In this document: piece after piece, positions 1 to 15,003 of the stretch
How positions within the stretch are numbered: the first letter of the stretch is position 1
Layout of the letters: each line of letters starts with the position of its first letter
Assembly (NCBI GenBank): GCA_964016885.1
Contig: OZ024745.1
Span: forward strand, 62,868,001 to 62,932,000
Direction: 5' to 3'
Length of the DNA: 64,000 bases
From: Eledone cirrhosa
Taxonomy: Eukaryota
Notes under the pieces: generated by a model
Database searches by the model: none
The model's input: only the letters and a program-made list of their open reading frames with translations
Told to the model about the DNA's origin: nothing
Position numbers and translations under genes: made by a program

Positions 1-177
1 CATAATGAAAACAGTTTTCAATCTAGACTGTATTTATCATTTATTTGTTTTACCTTTAGGGCCAAAGAAATGAGATATGTAATTACAATCGCAGTAAATG
101 AAGTGTACTCTCCCAAATATGTGCTGCTACTTCCTTCGATTATCGTTTTCCATTCGAACACACACGCGCACACATTC

Positions 178-208
<31 letters not shown>

Positions 209-1285
209 GCAAGAGAGAGAGGGGGGGAGAGTGAGAGAGAGAGAGAATGAGGATACAGAGTGTGAGATTTCATTTAGCAAGACAAATATCTTTTTCTGGC
301 AATCAAATAGTAAATATCTTTTTAATCATTCACAGATTCTGTAGTTGAAGCATAAATAGCAAGAATGAGTAAGATAGCGTATTTCGTGAATAATTCGACG
401 AATATCATTTTGAACAAATTGTACCTGTGCAGCAAAACCTACCAGCTATTTAAATTCGGTATCAGTTTCTTTACAAATCCTCCAGTTTAGAATATTTAAC
501 CTGTTCTTTCTTTTGATATTGTAAATTATATAGCGCATTTTTTCTTGTAAGAATAATATCTGTTTTAATCATTATCAATTATAATATTTAGTGTTTCAGA
601 AAAAAAATTATTTAAAAAATTTCTTGCATTCAGAACTTGCACATGTGAAAATGATACTGACGCAATGTGTATTTAGTATATGTTTGTATATAGATGTTTT
701 ATATCTACAGACTACTTATACGACTGTGTGTTCTGCAAATCTATGCGTAAAAACACTCCAGATAACATCTAGTATACAAAAATGAGGTGTATAGAAACAA
801 AGAATGTCTCAATAAGCAAGCAATTGAATGATGGAAAACCACATGCAAAATCATATATTTTAGTATTACAATCCAGTTTTATGCATTTCTCATGTTTCAT
901 ATACAGAGTATATATGTAAAGGACAAACAAGTGATATTACATTGATTTATTACACGTTTACATCAACAGACATATTTTGTTTCTTGGGAAAACGCAGAGG
1001 ACTAGGGTTTGCAGCGAGCATCTGATTTACTATTGTACTATTACAATATTGATATAACTGAAGTAAAATCATACCATTGCTCCCAAATCAAATTGTACAT
1101 ATAGGTGCCAAATAATTTCCTTGTAGGTGCCCAAGTAACATACGATAACGCTTGGTGGAATGCTGAACCAGCTATTTCCATCTTAAATATATGCGAAAAC
1201 AGAGACACAAACATACACAGACACACAAACACACGCCCATACACATACAGGCATATATACACACACACACAGACGTACCCCCCCC

Positions 1286-1319
<34 letters not shown>

Positions 1320-1427
1320 TGCGAAATCCTATTTCTATTCTATTATAAGTTGAGCCAACTTATGCAGCTTCATATGCAAATGAGATTAATCACCACATTT
1401 ACACAGACGAGAAAACTATACATATAT

Positions 1428-2105
1428 ATTTCGTTTCTGAATTTGTTTAGCAAGATTCTTTATCTGAAAACCTGTGTTGAAACCGATATTGTTATACTTT
1501 GGAAGGGTCATTTTTTCCAATAAGAAACACGCACCAGTTGCTTTCACTTCAATTTATTATAATAAATTTATAAATTTAGGAATTTATAAATTTCCGGTTG
1601 GTTGGTTGGTTGGTTCCACAACCAGATGATTGTTCATATATTGTCAAAGTTCTTTCGTCAAACATTATGTGACCTAATTTCAAAATTAAATAGAAAACAT
1701 GAATGGAACAGCAACATCACAACTTACAATTAAGGACAAAATGAAAACACACACACACACATAGAAGAAACCAGTAACATGTAAATAAACAAATAAATAA
1801 ACAAATATAAACACACACAGACACCCGGATGTAACACATGCGCAAACTAAGCACACAACACACACAAAAACAAGATGGCGTAGGACAGAACAAAGGAGAG
1901 GCACAAAAACAAAGAAAATAATCCCCAGTCACTGAAGAAGTCACAGAATATGTGACGAAAGAACTTTGACAATATATGAATAATCATCTGGTTGTGGAAC
2001 CAACCAACCAACCGGAAATTTATAAATTTATGAATTTATAATAAATTGAAGTGAAAGCAACTGGTGCGTGTGTTTCTTATTGGCAACATGACCCTCTCAA
2101 AGTAT

Positions 2106-2110
<5 letters not shown>
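1428..2110. mobile_element. Non-coding PLE pseudo-LTR insertion (family A) with inverted arms, flanked by (TA)n
   Basis: 1489-1673 is the reverse complement of ~1940-2110. The right arm reads HHR, then AATAAA, then ...TGACCCTCTCAAAGTATAACAA, then (TA)n. The same sequence recurs at 56023-56362. Confidence 0.7.
1928..1970 (+). ncRNA. Minimal type I hammerhead ribozyme
   Basis: GTCA-CTGAAGA-A-GTCACA(gaata)TGTGAC-GAAA-GAACTT-TGAC: stem I GTCA/TGAC, 6-bp stem II, very short stem III, predicted cleavage after CUU. Confidence 0.75.
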
Positions 2111-2137
<27 letters not shown>

Positions 2138-2164
2138 TCTCGACTGCAGTTGCAAGCGGTGGGA

Positions 2165-2217
2165 GGGACCGTCCTGGAGAAGGCCAGTTAAGCATGAAAT
2201 GCATAGACGGCTGTCCC
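2165..2217 (+). ncRNA. Degenerate minimal hammerhead ribozyme (core CUGGAGA)
   Basis: CCGTC-CTGGAGA-A...GAAA-TGCATA-GACGG: 5-bp stem I, palindromic ATGCAT stem III, weak stem II, A6 changed to G. Confidence 0.5.
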
Positions 2218-2628
2218 CCTTGCTTCTGTTGGACACCACCAGAAGGCGTGTTTCTTTAGAAATACGATATTTTTATACATATATGTATAACGCTATGCTT
2301 GAAGCGAAATCTTATTTCTATATATATTTATATATATTTATACATATAACCGATTTAGATATATTTTCCCTATATCTTCATTGAGATGTTCAGTATATTA
2401 ATGACAAATAATATTCTGCGATATATATATATATATATAAATATAAATAAATAAATATATATATTTAACTAGGTAAGTTTCGGCCAGTATTGGCCCAGGC
2501 CATGTCGAACTTAATAGCACCACATATATACATAGTCATATATATATATGAATAACGAACAGGTCAAAGAGAGTCGCTTTGTTCCCACACCTGTCGCATT
2601 GTCACAGCCTTCCAATTACGTTCAACTG

Positions 2629-2683
<55 letters not shown>

Positions 2684-5600
2684 GTGTGTGTGTGTGTGTT
2701 TTGGTAGAAATGCCTAGATGAAAGATGAAGGAAGACAGTGCTTAATCAGTTGAAAAAGACCTTATTTAGTATAAACAAAGTTGCATACACATTAACATGT
2801 ATGTGCTACCATTGATTTCGGAGTCCAGTCATGGCCACCACTGTATATTAGAGGAGGCACTTTTAAACCGAGCCTGCATTCGGTCACGTGGACAAATATA
2901 TCTTTATTTATGTTTACTGTTTAAATTCTGGAACATGACTATTTAAAAAATGGTTTCTATAAAATAATTATCAGTCTTGATAGATTATGTACTGGGCTCC
3001 ATGAGAACGACAAAAACCTTCAAGTTGTTCAAGTTGATTTAAGGTTGTATGATAATGAAACTCCATATAATATATGTGTGTTTAAATATCTATGTACATA
3101 TGATTGTCTGAATGTGAATATATAATCGTGATTTGCACACAGGTATAATCAGTTGTTCGGCTACGTAACTCTAAGTGAAACATTATTATGTACTTAGGTT
3201 TTGTAATAATAATGGTTCACATGCACCATTTCAAATTGATTTGCCTCACTGCTGCAAATGTCAATAACATGCATCCGCTGGGCCGTACATTAGTGATCCC
3301 ATTTGCTAATATATATATATATATTATTACTGTTCCATGTACGAACAATTTTTTACCTTCTTACATTTCAATTTGTCCTTAAAATCAATGTAGTCATTAA
3401 AATATATTTAATCTAGCCAAGCTAGTCGTTTATACCGTTATATTTTTGCTGTATCACGCTATACGCTATGAGGAATATATTATTCATAAATTGAATCCAC
3501 TATCGGACACGAAAAACTCATTAATGGGAGAAAAGAAAACAATGTGTTAATGACAACACCTGATATATTATTTAGACATGCAATGGAAATAATGAAGCGA
3601 CGGGAAATCATTTACTAATCCATGTAATAATTTCCGGTGGTCGCTGAAGCGGTGGTGAAACACTATCAGTTATAATGTTTTAAATGTTCTTGGATTCTTG
3701 TATTTGATGGATGGGCAACTTAGAAGTTACAAAGTGTACAGTTTTGTTTCTTATACAGAATGTTTTCTACATTCAGATAAAAATTCTTGAAAACCATTGA
3801 GCCAAGAAGCTGTAAAATAACATTGAGATTTGCCTGTTTCAAACTACGATATTCTAAGTTAAGTTGTTATTGCATTTTCATTGTTTTACTTCTTTCATTG
3901 TTTTACTTCTTTCGGTGACGATCGAAAGCTACTCCTAAAAGCCCGTAGCTAAATACAAGAAGTCAGTATTGCCCCCATCCTGCCTAATCATCGCTAAATT
4001 AAACAAATATATCGAGAATCATATGGAATTTGTCGGTAGGACTGTGGCTAAAACAATACAAGTTGTCGGATAGGCCAAGATAGATGTTTATCGCCCATTT
4101 CCACCAGGAACCTCCGTGTAAATATATGCTTTCATTTACAAGGTTTTGAAAACACGTTAAAAATTATTAATCCCATCTGCATCAATATGCTAATACAGCA
4201 TTTCCACCACCAGCGTTATCTGCAACAATAAGCCCTATCTGAAATTAAGTACTACTGACACTAAACCAGAAATATCTACTTAAAAAATAGATAGAAATAA
4301 AATAAAATATAACAATATTAATCAACCAAAGCTATCAAATTGTATGTGACCCGGAAAGAAAAAGCTGAAATTTAAATGTATCTGTAAGGTTCACAAGAAC
4401 AACAGACCCTCACGTCACATCAACACCAACATCAACAGTCATTAGTACCAAAATTCACAGACGTCACAGAAAAGTTAAGCAGCACTGGCTCAATGGTGAA
4501 GAACAGCAACCCCTCCATTTTGTCCCAAATCCTTCCTAATATAAAGGATGGATGACAAACTGATACATACATTTAGAACCTACATCTTGCATGGCACATA
4601 CCAACGTCAATAGCAATCTTCCATCAATACCACCCATGGTACCATTATTGAAAATTATTCAACATACTTACTTATCGAACGGGTAAATTACTACATTCAC
4701 CCACCAGCCATTATCTTCACAAATGTTTTGCAGCAATAATTCCACGTCCTACATTCTGTTGAATCACAGAAACATACATATCCTCAATAAACACCCAAGA
4801 TCACTAATCGCCAGCTTAAAGCTATGATATCGTGTAAACTTGTCTAACTCCCATTCGCCAAGAGAAAGAAATTCTGTGTCATCACCATTGAGACTTACAA
4901 AGAATAGATGCAATAGTACACAAATTACAACTGTTTCTACACAAATGACATAGGAGCCACACCAACGCAGATCGAGAGCAAATCAACTTTTCCTGATCAA
5001 AATGCTGCAGCTGTCGAACTCTCCAATAGATTCTAAAAATGACTGCATGATACGGAACATCAGACTACTCTCATTTAACCAGATCACAATGAAAGCCCAA
5101 CATGAAATAAATTAATATTTAATGTTTCCAGCATTAAACAACTATTGTATATGATCTCTTAATTCCTTTCTAGAGTCATAAAACAATTATTATTAAACAG
5201 AGGACAGCAGAGGCCACGTACCGTTCCTCTCCGACAGGTAACCCTACCTCCCGGAAAAACCCCAGTTGATGGATGCGAATCCGAAATATAGGGACAATTA
5301 AATATCTCCCAAGGTAACTCTATCTCGTGTTATTATTTTTATTTTTTACGCTCTTTCCTACGTTCCTCTACACACTATACATCTCATTCTACATTTCCTC
5401 TTACACCTCTCTCTTCACCACCGGATTCTGTTACCCGGAGATTTACCCATCTGCATTGTTGAGGCTTCCAAAACGACCAAAAATAAAATCTTATTATTCC
5501 ACAATGCTTCAACCAAACTTCAATACTCTCTTAATTATTATTAACATTCACGAGATACAAATGTGCACATGACTCCTTACAAATCCCTCTCCCCACTGAT

Positions 5601-6199
5601 GACATATTTACAGAATGCGTTGTATCCGCCAAGCTGTATGCTTTGCCCTCACAGCTAAACACGTCCACCGACTTCTATCAGTCACCATCAACAATGAATA
5701 CTTCAACTTTCTCAGCTCCACCTAACGGCAGGCATTTTGCCTACAGGTGGGATTCCCATCTTCGGGTCAGCATCAATATAAACCAGCTTCAAGGTAGAGC
5801 AGTCAGCATAGACAATCATGTAGCTTTTTCAAAAGATATGTGACGTGTATCTAATAAAATGTTATTTGATAGTTTGCTTTAAAGCAACAAGTACAGATAA
5901 TGTGTTCTGCGAGTGTTTCTTGGGTTGTACTGACAACATAAATAGATTGAAATCGGCTTGTTCTAGATTTGTGTTCGGTTCAGTCAGTCAATTCTCAGTG
6001 ACGACAACTATTTTTGTGATATTGTTATTTGTTTTCTTGAAAGAAACCGGGTGACACATATAAAGAATGGCAAATGGGTAAATGCTGTGCCGTAATTGAC
6101 TGGAATTTAAATACATGCAATATGGAGAAATAAGACACTGCACAATGAAAGACGTTGTTGGCAAACGGGCTCCTTCTTCTTTGCCCACTTATTTCTGAG

Positions 6200-6490
6200 G
6201 GGGTCGTAAGTCCTTAAACACTCCTTCCAGTGGGTCCTGTCAGAAGCAACCATCTCCAACTGTTCCGGTTGGATCCCCAAGCGAGACCAGCCATGCTCAT
6301 GGATGTTATCGAAACAACTTGATCTACCCTGGGTCTCCTGTCGGTTAGTTTCGCCCGTAAAATCTGTCCAACGATTCTTTTCTGAGACATTCTAACGACA
6401 TGCCCATAGTATCGAAGCTGAAATCTCTCAATTCGGAGAAGTAGCGGCTCTACCTGGAGTGACTCTCTGATCTCTGACTCCGAATATGAA
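6200..6490 (-). mobile_element. RTE-clade LINE 3' fragment
   Basis: The translation EIRESLQVEPLLLRIERFQLRYYGHVVRM...RRPR matches the typical RTE C-terminus (QLRWxGHVxRM). Confidence 0.8.
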
Positions 6491-7266
6491 TTTATCATAG
6501 TAGAAAGAGGTTTAAGCCTTATTGCTTTAATATTCCCCAGTACGTCTCAGGTACTTACATTATTAACAATACAGTATTACCCACGGAAATCGACACATGT
6601 TGGATTTGATCTCATGTATTGAGAATAAATCACATTTCAAATTACTGCCTAAAATAAACAGATGGTTCTTAAATTAAATGAAATATTATTAAAAAATACA
6701 AACTACAACTATAATTAAGTACGAGTAATTATGCTAAAATAATTAAAATCATTTACGTCCTTATTTGTTTACTTATTTGTGTTTCGTGTTTTCATTTTTT
6801 TCAATATTTCAATGCTGTATGGTTGATATTCATACAAATATAATGTTGATTAAATACACATTTCCTCCATTCATGTTATGAATGAAACTTCACAGTGTAC
6901 CATATAATGTCGAAGGTAATTCGGATATTCATTTTCGCAACCAATTAAGCAAAATAAACGACACGTGCCAACAACTGTTTGCTTAATAGGCAAGAACATT
7001 ATTGTACAACATTTCAGTTTAGCACACATGTAAGTCACTCCCTTTCAGCTCCTGTGCATATGCCTGCTTGTTTTTCCTCTCTTCTTCTTAGTGTATATAT
7101 TAGTGTTTGTGAGAAAGGATGTAATATGTTTCTGTAATATGTTGGTCACTGTATATGAACATGTATATGTAAATATGAATACATTATGCATGCACATGTG
7201 TATATACACACACTTACCCACATACATACACACACACATGTATATACGCGCCTCTGTGTGTGTGTG

Positions 7267-7318
<52 letters not shown>

Positions 7319-7705
7319 TAACTGTATGTTTGCTTATATGTGAGTGGATCTGTATGTTCGAGTGTGAAAATATGGGTTCTTAACCAGACAGCCATGATTG
7401 TGTACATATTTACATGCCTTATATATAAAATACGTGGATCGCCGTCGGTTTCGATGATAAACGTTCGGATTTTTGCTCAATTGAACTATAATGACATCGA
7501 TATGGTATGTAGTTGATGACTTGTGATCACTTAGTAAACTCGTTGTCAAATACCGTGTGGCAACGTTGGACGTCTGAAATACACAGGGAATCTATCCTTA
7601 CTTGCGAATTATACGCTAGCGATTGCATGACAGAAGACACTAGCCGAAAATGACACGCGTTGCGATGAAACCTAGGACTCTCTCTTTCATACAGACGTAC
7701 ACACA

Positions 7706-7815
<110 letters not shown>

Positions 7816-8103
7816 CACACACATACACACACATATATATATATATATGAATGTTGGTAGAAATACGGAAATGAAAGACCACGGAAAACATTGCTCAATC
7901 TGTTGGAAGAGAGCTTATTTAGTGTAAAAAAGTTTAATACACTTGATTGCGTTCTCTAAAATCATGAACTTAAACCATGGCTACGTATTTACCCAACGAT
8001 TCAGGATCATTTCGAAACATCATCGATATGTCTCAAATCCTGCCCTTCACGGATGTACACATTCTCATGACATACACAACAAAAGATCCTACATAAATGC
8101 ACA

Positions 8104-8136
<33 letters not shown>

Positions 8137-8404
8137 GTAATTAAGTTATAGTTATATATAATCCTATATAAATAAACAAGATCACATACGAATCTCTCTT
8201 TTAATCTTTCCCACGTCTTCTTTCTTCTGCTCGCTTTCTAAATCTCTCTCACTCTGATACTCCCACTCTCTCTTTACGTACAGGCAAACAATTATACAGT
8301 AAGAGAAAGGGAACTGAGAGTTATATGAGATAGTAAGAGTGAGATTAATAAATGCAAAAACAATATAGCGGCGCTTGGGTGTCTATGTCTATATACAAAC
8401 ACAC

Positions 8405-8419
8405 ACATACATATATGAG

Positions 8420-8484
<65 letters not shown>

Positions 8485-8617
8485 TATATATACATAGATA
8501 CATACATATATATATATACATGCATACATACATACATATATACATACATACATATATATATGCATACACACATACATATATACATACATACATATATATA
8601 TATACATATATATATAC

Positions 8618-8702
<85 letters not shown>

Positions 8703-8722
8703 CATACATACATACATATATA
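8405..8722. repeat. (TA)n/(TACA)n compound microsatellite
   Basis: Seen directly. Confidence 0.95.
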
Positions 8723-8912
8723 TATAGGAACCAGTAAGACCCCGACGGCTGAGCTCAAGCCGTTTCGACGGCTAATTCTGAATTAGCCGTCGAAACGGCT
8801 TGAGCTCAGCCGTCGGGGTCTTACTGTTTCCTATTACCCACTCTACTACCCTAAGTATTGAGTACTTTGGTGCGTTATGGTCCACCTGGTTCCTTACCAC
8901 ATTTCCTTCGTT
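8723..8912 (+). mobile_element. Palindromic short element (family C; probable truncated PLE pseudo-LTR with HHR 3' half)
   Basis: 8723-8834 is a near-perfect palindrome followed by a ~78-bp tail and (TA)n. It contains GAAAC-GGCTTGAGCTCAGCC-GTC. Copies at 31381, 32731, 49286, 49818 and 62987. Confidence 0.7.
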
Positions 8913-8942
8913 ATATATATATATATGTATATATATACATAC

Positions 8943-9555
8943 ATATGGTGGCTGCCAACTCGTTTTCGAGTACGGCCACTACTTTATATCCATGTAGGAG
9001 AACCCCTACCGATGCGCTGAACGAGTATGATTTTTTAGTCCAGCCAGCGACTTGAAAGCTCTGGTACAAACACTACACTTGTGACAATTATTGACACATA
9101 GTGCTGGGCCCATGGTACCATGTGACGACAAGTGCAGAGAGATCTCCAGATATAAAGCAATGCCTGTGCTGTGAAGCTTTTATAGTGAGCAAAGGCACTG
9201 CACAAAGCCAGTCCCACTCTCTTAACCAAGATGATATTTACCAAAAAGAAGAACAAGTCAACATCATTGGATACCATCAGAGTTGCAGGTGTTATATCAG
9301 AGTTTTCCTTCTCCTAGAATTCTGCCTTGACAAAGGCTAAGGGGTCATCTCTCCCGGTGATTTTGGATGGCCATTGACTCTTAAGAGCTCCTTTGCCTTT
9401 TGACAGGTTTTGTTTTTAGTCCTGCAGGATGTCCAAAGTCACCCTCCTCACCAAGAAACCTTGGTGGGGTTGCCAGTTTAGTCGCCAACGACCCGACCAT
9501 GAGACAGGTTGTACTGGGATACATGTTACCAGTAGCACCAACTGGTGACCTGACA
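8943..9555 (-). mobile_element. ~610-bp non-autonomous RTE-related element with (TATG)n tail
   Basis: Near-identical reverse complement of 13926-14535. Contains CTAGGAGAAGGAAAACTCTGA and GGCAACCCCACC, which resemble RTE 5' regions. Confidence 0.65.
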
Positions 9556-10750
<1,195 letters not shown>

Positions 10751-11759
10751 TATATATATAGAGGGAGAGAGAGAGAGAGAGAGAAGAGTGTGTGTTTGTA
10801 TGTGTGTGTGGAGTGTGCCTTTGTTTACACGCTTGTATGTATGTCTGCGCACCCAGACATTTACATATGAACACCTATTCAAATATACATAAACATGACG
10901 CTAAATTGGTGTCTATTTGTAGTACATTGTAGCATGTAGCTACGGTGAGTTTGTGAATGAATAGAATATGAAGAGTAGTATCTAAGTTACAGAGAAAAAG
11001 AGTATAAATAGAAAAAAAGGCGGATACAAAACGGAAACAAAAATAATACTAATATGAAATTAAAATTTAATTAATGGTGATAAAGTTGATACCTATGAAT
11101 GTCAAAACTTTGGTGTGATGAAATTAATTATAATTTAGATTTTAAACTTACCTTTCTTGGAAATTGAATTCGCGTTGAAACCTTGCTTTTAAAATGTCAG
11201 TTGGAGTGTGTAAGTTCGTAAATAGAGAAGGATAGATCGATAGATATAGTGATTGATTCAGAGATAGAAAGGGCGAGGGGAAAGTAAATAGTAGGCAATA
11301 TAACGAATGTAAATAATGTATTTCCTCCACCCTGCCCACCATTTCTCTTTGATCAACTCTTTTCGTGTAGAAATGAATATGATAGAAAATGATAATATTC
11401 ATAAATATGTTATTTGCTTGAATATTAATTAGAAATGTTATCGTAATATGGAAAAATTGATATTATATTATAGATTAATTATTGTTAATATTATTATTAT
11501 TATTACATGATTGTTATTATTACAAGTGTTATTAGGATTATTGGAATTATTATTAGTGGTCTTATATTAATTGTGTGCCATCACAGCTTTATTGAGCACG
11601 GCACAGTGCGCCATGGACATGTGCAGTGTTGCTTTTCTTGCTGTTATTCCTAATGTATTTGACTTTTTATAATATGTACGCAGTGAAGAGTAATGCTATT
11701 TTCTGTTAAATAATCTTTGACGACATGGAGTTTAATATCGACACTATTATAATTATTAT

Positions 11760-11878
11760 TCTGAGTTCAAATCCCGCCGAGGTTAACTTTGCCTTTCATC
11801 CTTACGGGGTCGATAAAATAATGTACCAGTAATACACTGGGTAATGTGCTGGCCTTGTGCCTAACGTAGAAACAATTA
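11760..11878 (+). mobile_element. Abundant SINE (Deu/Nin-like core), 5'-truncated
   Basis: GTTCAAATCC B-box, then GCCTTTCATCCTTACGGGGTCGATAAAAT core, then ...GTAGAAAC(ATT)n. Confidence 0.8.
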
Positions 11879-11926
11879 TTATTATTATTATTATTATTAA
11901 TACTATTATTATTATTATTATTATTG

Positions 11927-12631
11927 TTCTTTCAGTCTCAGTCATTGATGTTATTTAACTGGAAAGTTTGTTGAAATGAATATCAAGCCACTACCTGCAG
12001 CCTCAGATATTCAGGACGTATCGGAGGATTCTTGCTGTTCCCAGCAAGCATGCCTTTTGAAGTGTTCCAAAAAGCGGGGCCAATTTTCTTTAACCATCCC
12101 TGGAAACTTTTTGAGATAGTACCTAGTGCGCCTATGACAATCGGGACCACTTTGACTTCATGGCAGTTCCAAATCCTTTTTACCTCCCACTTTAAGTCCT
12201 GGTATCGGTTAATTTTCTCCCTCTCCTTCTCTTGCACCCTCGTGTCGAATGGGCAGACCACATCCACAATCAGGCACGATCTTTATCCTTGTTCAAAACC
12301 ACCAGGTCAGGCCTATTGTGTTCCAGTTTCTTGTCCGTCTGTATCCTAAAATCCCACAGCACCTTCACCTGATCGTTTTCTATCACCGACTCTGGCTTAT
12401 ACTCATACCACTTCTCAGAATGTGGTAAATTGTTTACTTTGCATAGGTGCCAGTGGATCACCCTGCCCATCACATCATGTCTCCAGCCTTTATAGTGAGT
12501 CTAGGCTAGGTGTTTACACTCGGATACAATGTGAGCCACAGTCTCCTCTCTCTCTCACCACAGATCCTGCACAGTGGGCTAGCCTCCTCCTTGTAAATAT
12601 GGTGTTTCAGCCACTTCGTTTTGAGGGCCTG
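11927..12631 (-). mobile_element. R4/Dong-clade LINE 3' end (CCHC knuckle + restriction-like endonuclease), disrupted
   Basis: The minus strand gives CRICGEREETVAHIVSEC...RHD...WDFRIQTDKKLEHNRPDLVV...EKINRYQDL...VPIVIGALG. Both flanks are (TTA)n. Confidence 0.9.
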
Positions 12632-13406
12632 ATTTTTATTATTATTATTATTATTTTTTATTTATTTATTTTTTTAAATTATTATTAGATGTAGCAGTAG
12701 TAATAGTATTGCATATTGTTATTTACATGTTTATTACTGTGAAAATATATACATATGTTTTTGTGATTTGCTTTTGTTTTTAAGCTGATATAATAGGACA
12801 AAAGTAATAGATAACATTACTAATAAACAACATTTTAACATTCAATAATTCCATAAAAAAAACATATAAACTAAAAATATATAGTTGAATAGCTGTCCAA
12901 CATATTTGGTTGAAAATTAAATTAGACAAAATATAGACAAAAACAAACAATAAAACACGATCAGAATATAATTAGTAATTTTCGATAAGAGATAGCAGAT
13001 TAACAAATATGACGCTTTAATTTAACTATATGCTTTGATTATTTGTTGCAATAATGAAATCAATAGGTGTAACTCGTAAATTATGGATGTGGAAACAATA
13101 TATTATAGAAGAGAATTTATTACAATATCTAATTGATTTACGATCGAATGGCACTATGGATATTCATTAGAATCGAAATTATTGATAATCAGATGTTAAT
13201 ATTTCTCGTTAGTTTTATCTTACTGTTTATCGACACTTCGAAAATTCCATATCAACATGAAAGTAACTATATTATATTATGTTCCAACTTACAGCGAGAT
13301 GTATGTATGTATGTATGTATGTATGTATGTATGTATGTATGTATGTATGTATGTATGTATGTATGTATGTATGTATGTATGTATGTATGTATGTATGTAT
13401 GTATCT

Positions 13407-13890
13407 CATTGACTCTTAAGAGCTCCTTTGCCCTTTGACAGGTTTTGTTTTTAGTCCTGCAGGATGTCCAAAATCACCGGGAGAGATGACTCCTTAGCCT
13501 TTGTCAAGGCAGAATTCTAGGAGAAGGAAAACTCTGATATAACACCTGCAACTCTGATGGTATCCAATGATGTTGACTTGTTCTTCTTTTTGGTAAATAT
13601 CATCTTGGTTAAGAGAGTGGGACTGGCTTTGTGCAGTGCCTTTGCTCACTATAAAAGCTCCACGGCACAGACATTGCTTTATATCTGGAGATCTCTCTGC
13701 ACTTGTCGTCACATGGTACCATGGGCCCAGCACTATGTGTCAATAATTGTCACAAGTGTAGTGTTTGTACCAGAGTTTTCAAGTCGCTGGCTGGACTAAA
13801 AAGTCACACTCGTTCAGCGCATCGGTAGGAGTTCTCCTACATGAATATAAGGTAGTGGCCGTACTCGAAAACGAGTTGGCAGCCACCATG
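13407..13890 (+). mobile_element. Non-autonomous RTE-related element, 5'-truncated copy
   Basis: Same sequence as 14100-14535 plus part of 14050-14100, with a deletion at the junction. Flanked by (TATG)n. Confidence 0.65.
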
Positions 13891-13925
13891 TATGTATGTA
13901 TATATGTATGTGTGTATGTATATAT

Positions 13926-14535
13926 GTCAGGTCACCAGTTGGTGCTACTCGTAACATGTATCCCAGTACAACCTGTTTCATGGTCGGGTCGTTGGCGACT
14001 AAACTGGCAACCCCACCAAGTTTTCTTGGTGAGGAGGGTGACTTTGGACATCCTGCAGGACTAAAAACAAAACCTGTCAAAGGGCAAAGGAGCTCTTAAG
14101 AGTCAATGGCCATCCAAAATCACCGGGAGAGATGACCCCTTAGCCTTTGTCAAGGCAGAATTCTAGGAGAAGGAAAACTCTGATATAACACCTGCAACTC
14201 TGATGGTATCCAATGATGTTGACTTGTTCTTCTTTTTGGAAAATATCATCTTGGTTAAGAGAGTTGGACTGGCTTTGTGCAGTGCCTTTGCTCACTATAA
14301 AAGCTTCACGGCAGAGGCATTGCTTTATATCTGGAGATCTCTCTGCACTTGTTGTCACATGGTACCATGGGCCCAGCACTGTGTGTCAATAATTGTCACA
14401 GGTGTAGTGTTTGTACCAGAGTTTTCAAGTCGCTGGCTGGACACAAAAGTCACACTCGTTCAGCGCATCGGTAGGGGGTCTCCTACATGGATATAAAGTA
14501 GTGGCCATACTCGAAAACGAGTTGGCAACCACCAT
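13926..14535 (+). mobile_element. Non-autonomous RTE-related element, full ~610-bp copy
   Basis: In tandem with the previous copy; ends GCAACCACCATG(TATG)n. Confidence 0.65.
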
Positions 14536-14774
14536 GTATGTATGTATGTATGTATGTATGTATGTATGTATGTATGTATGTATGTATGTATGTATGTGTG
14601 TGTGTATGTGTGTATGTGTGTGTGTGCTTGTGTCTGTCTGTATGTTTGTGTGTATGCGTGGGTGTGTGTGTATATATATCGATATTCTTCGAAGAAAGTT
14701 ATAAAAAAATAGTGGTGGAAAGAATTTGAAGCATGGTAAAAGTATAACCTCAACATCTCTAGAATTTCACTTAT

Positions 14775-14915
14775 GGCGGTGGATTGGCAGTATCGGTTGA
14801 GGGTCGGACGCCATGCTTTGACGCATAGAGTTACGACCCTTGCATTTATCCTTACGGGGTCGATAAAATAAAGTAGCAGTAATGCACTGGGTAAATGCGG
14901 ACCTTGTGCCAACAT
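14775..14915 (+). mobile_element. Abundant SINE, internally deleted
   Basis: GGCGGTGGATTGGCAGTATCGG head and CCTTACGGGGTCGATAAAAT core. Confidence 0.75.
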
Positions 14916-14971
14916 TATTATGAAGAATGCAGCTGAGTTTCACCTCATAACTTATAAGTATATTCTAATTC

Positions 14972-15002
<31 letters not shown>

Positions 15003-15003
<1 letters not shown>

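Noticed and set aside
4000-5800. Old LINE (APE/RT) remnant
   Set aside because: Composition is suggestive, but no unambiguous motifs are readable; it needs a translated HMM search.
13926-14045. Twister ribozyme at the 5' end of the RTE-related element
   Set aside because: TAAC, TCCC and GAGGG are present, but P4 and the second pseudoknot cannot be formed.
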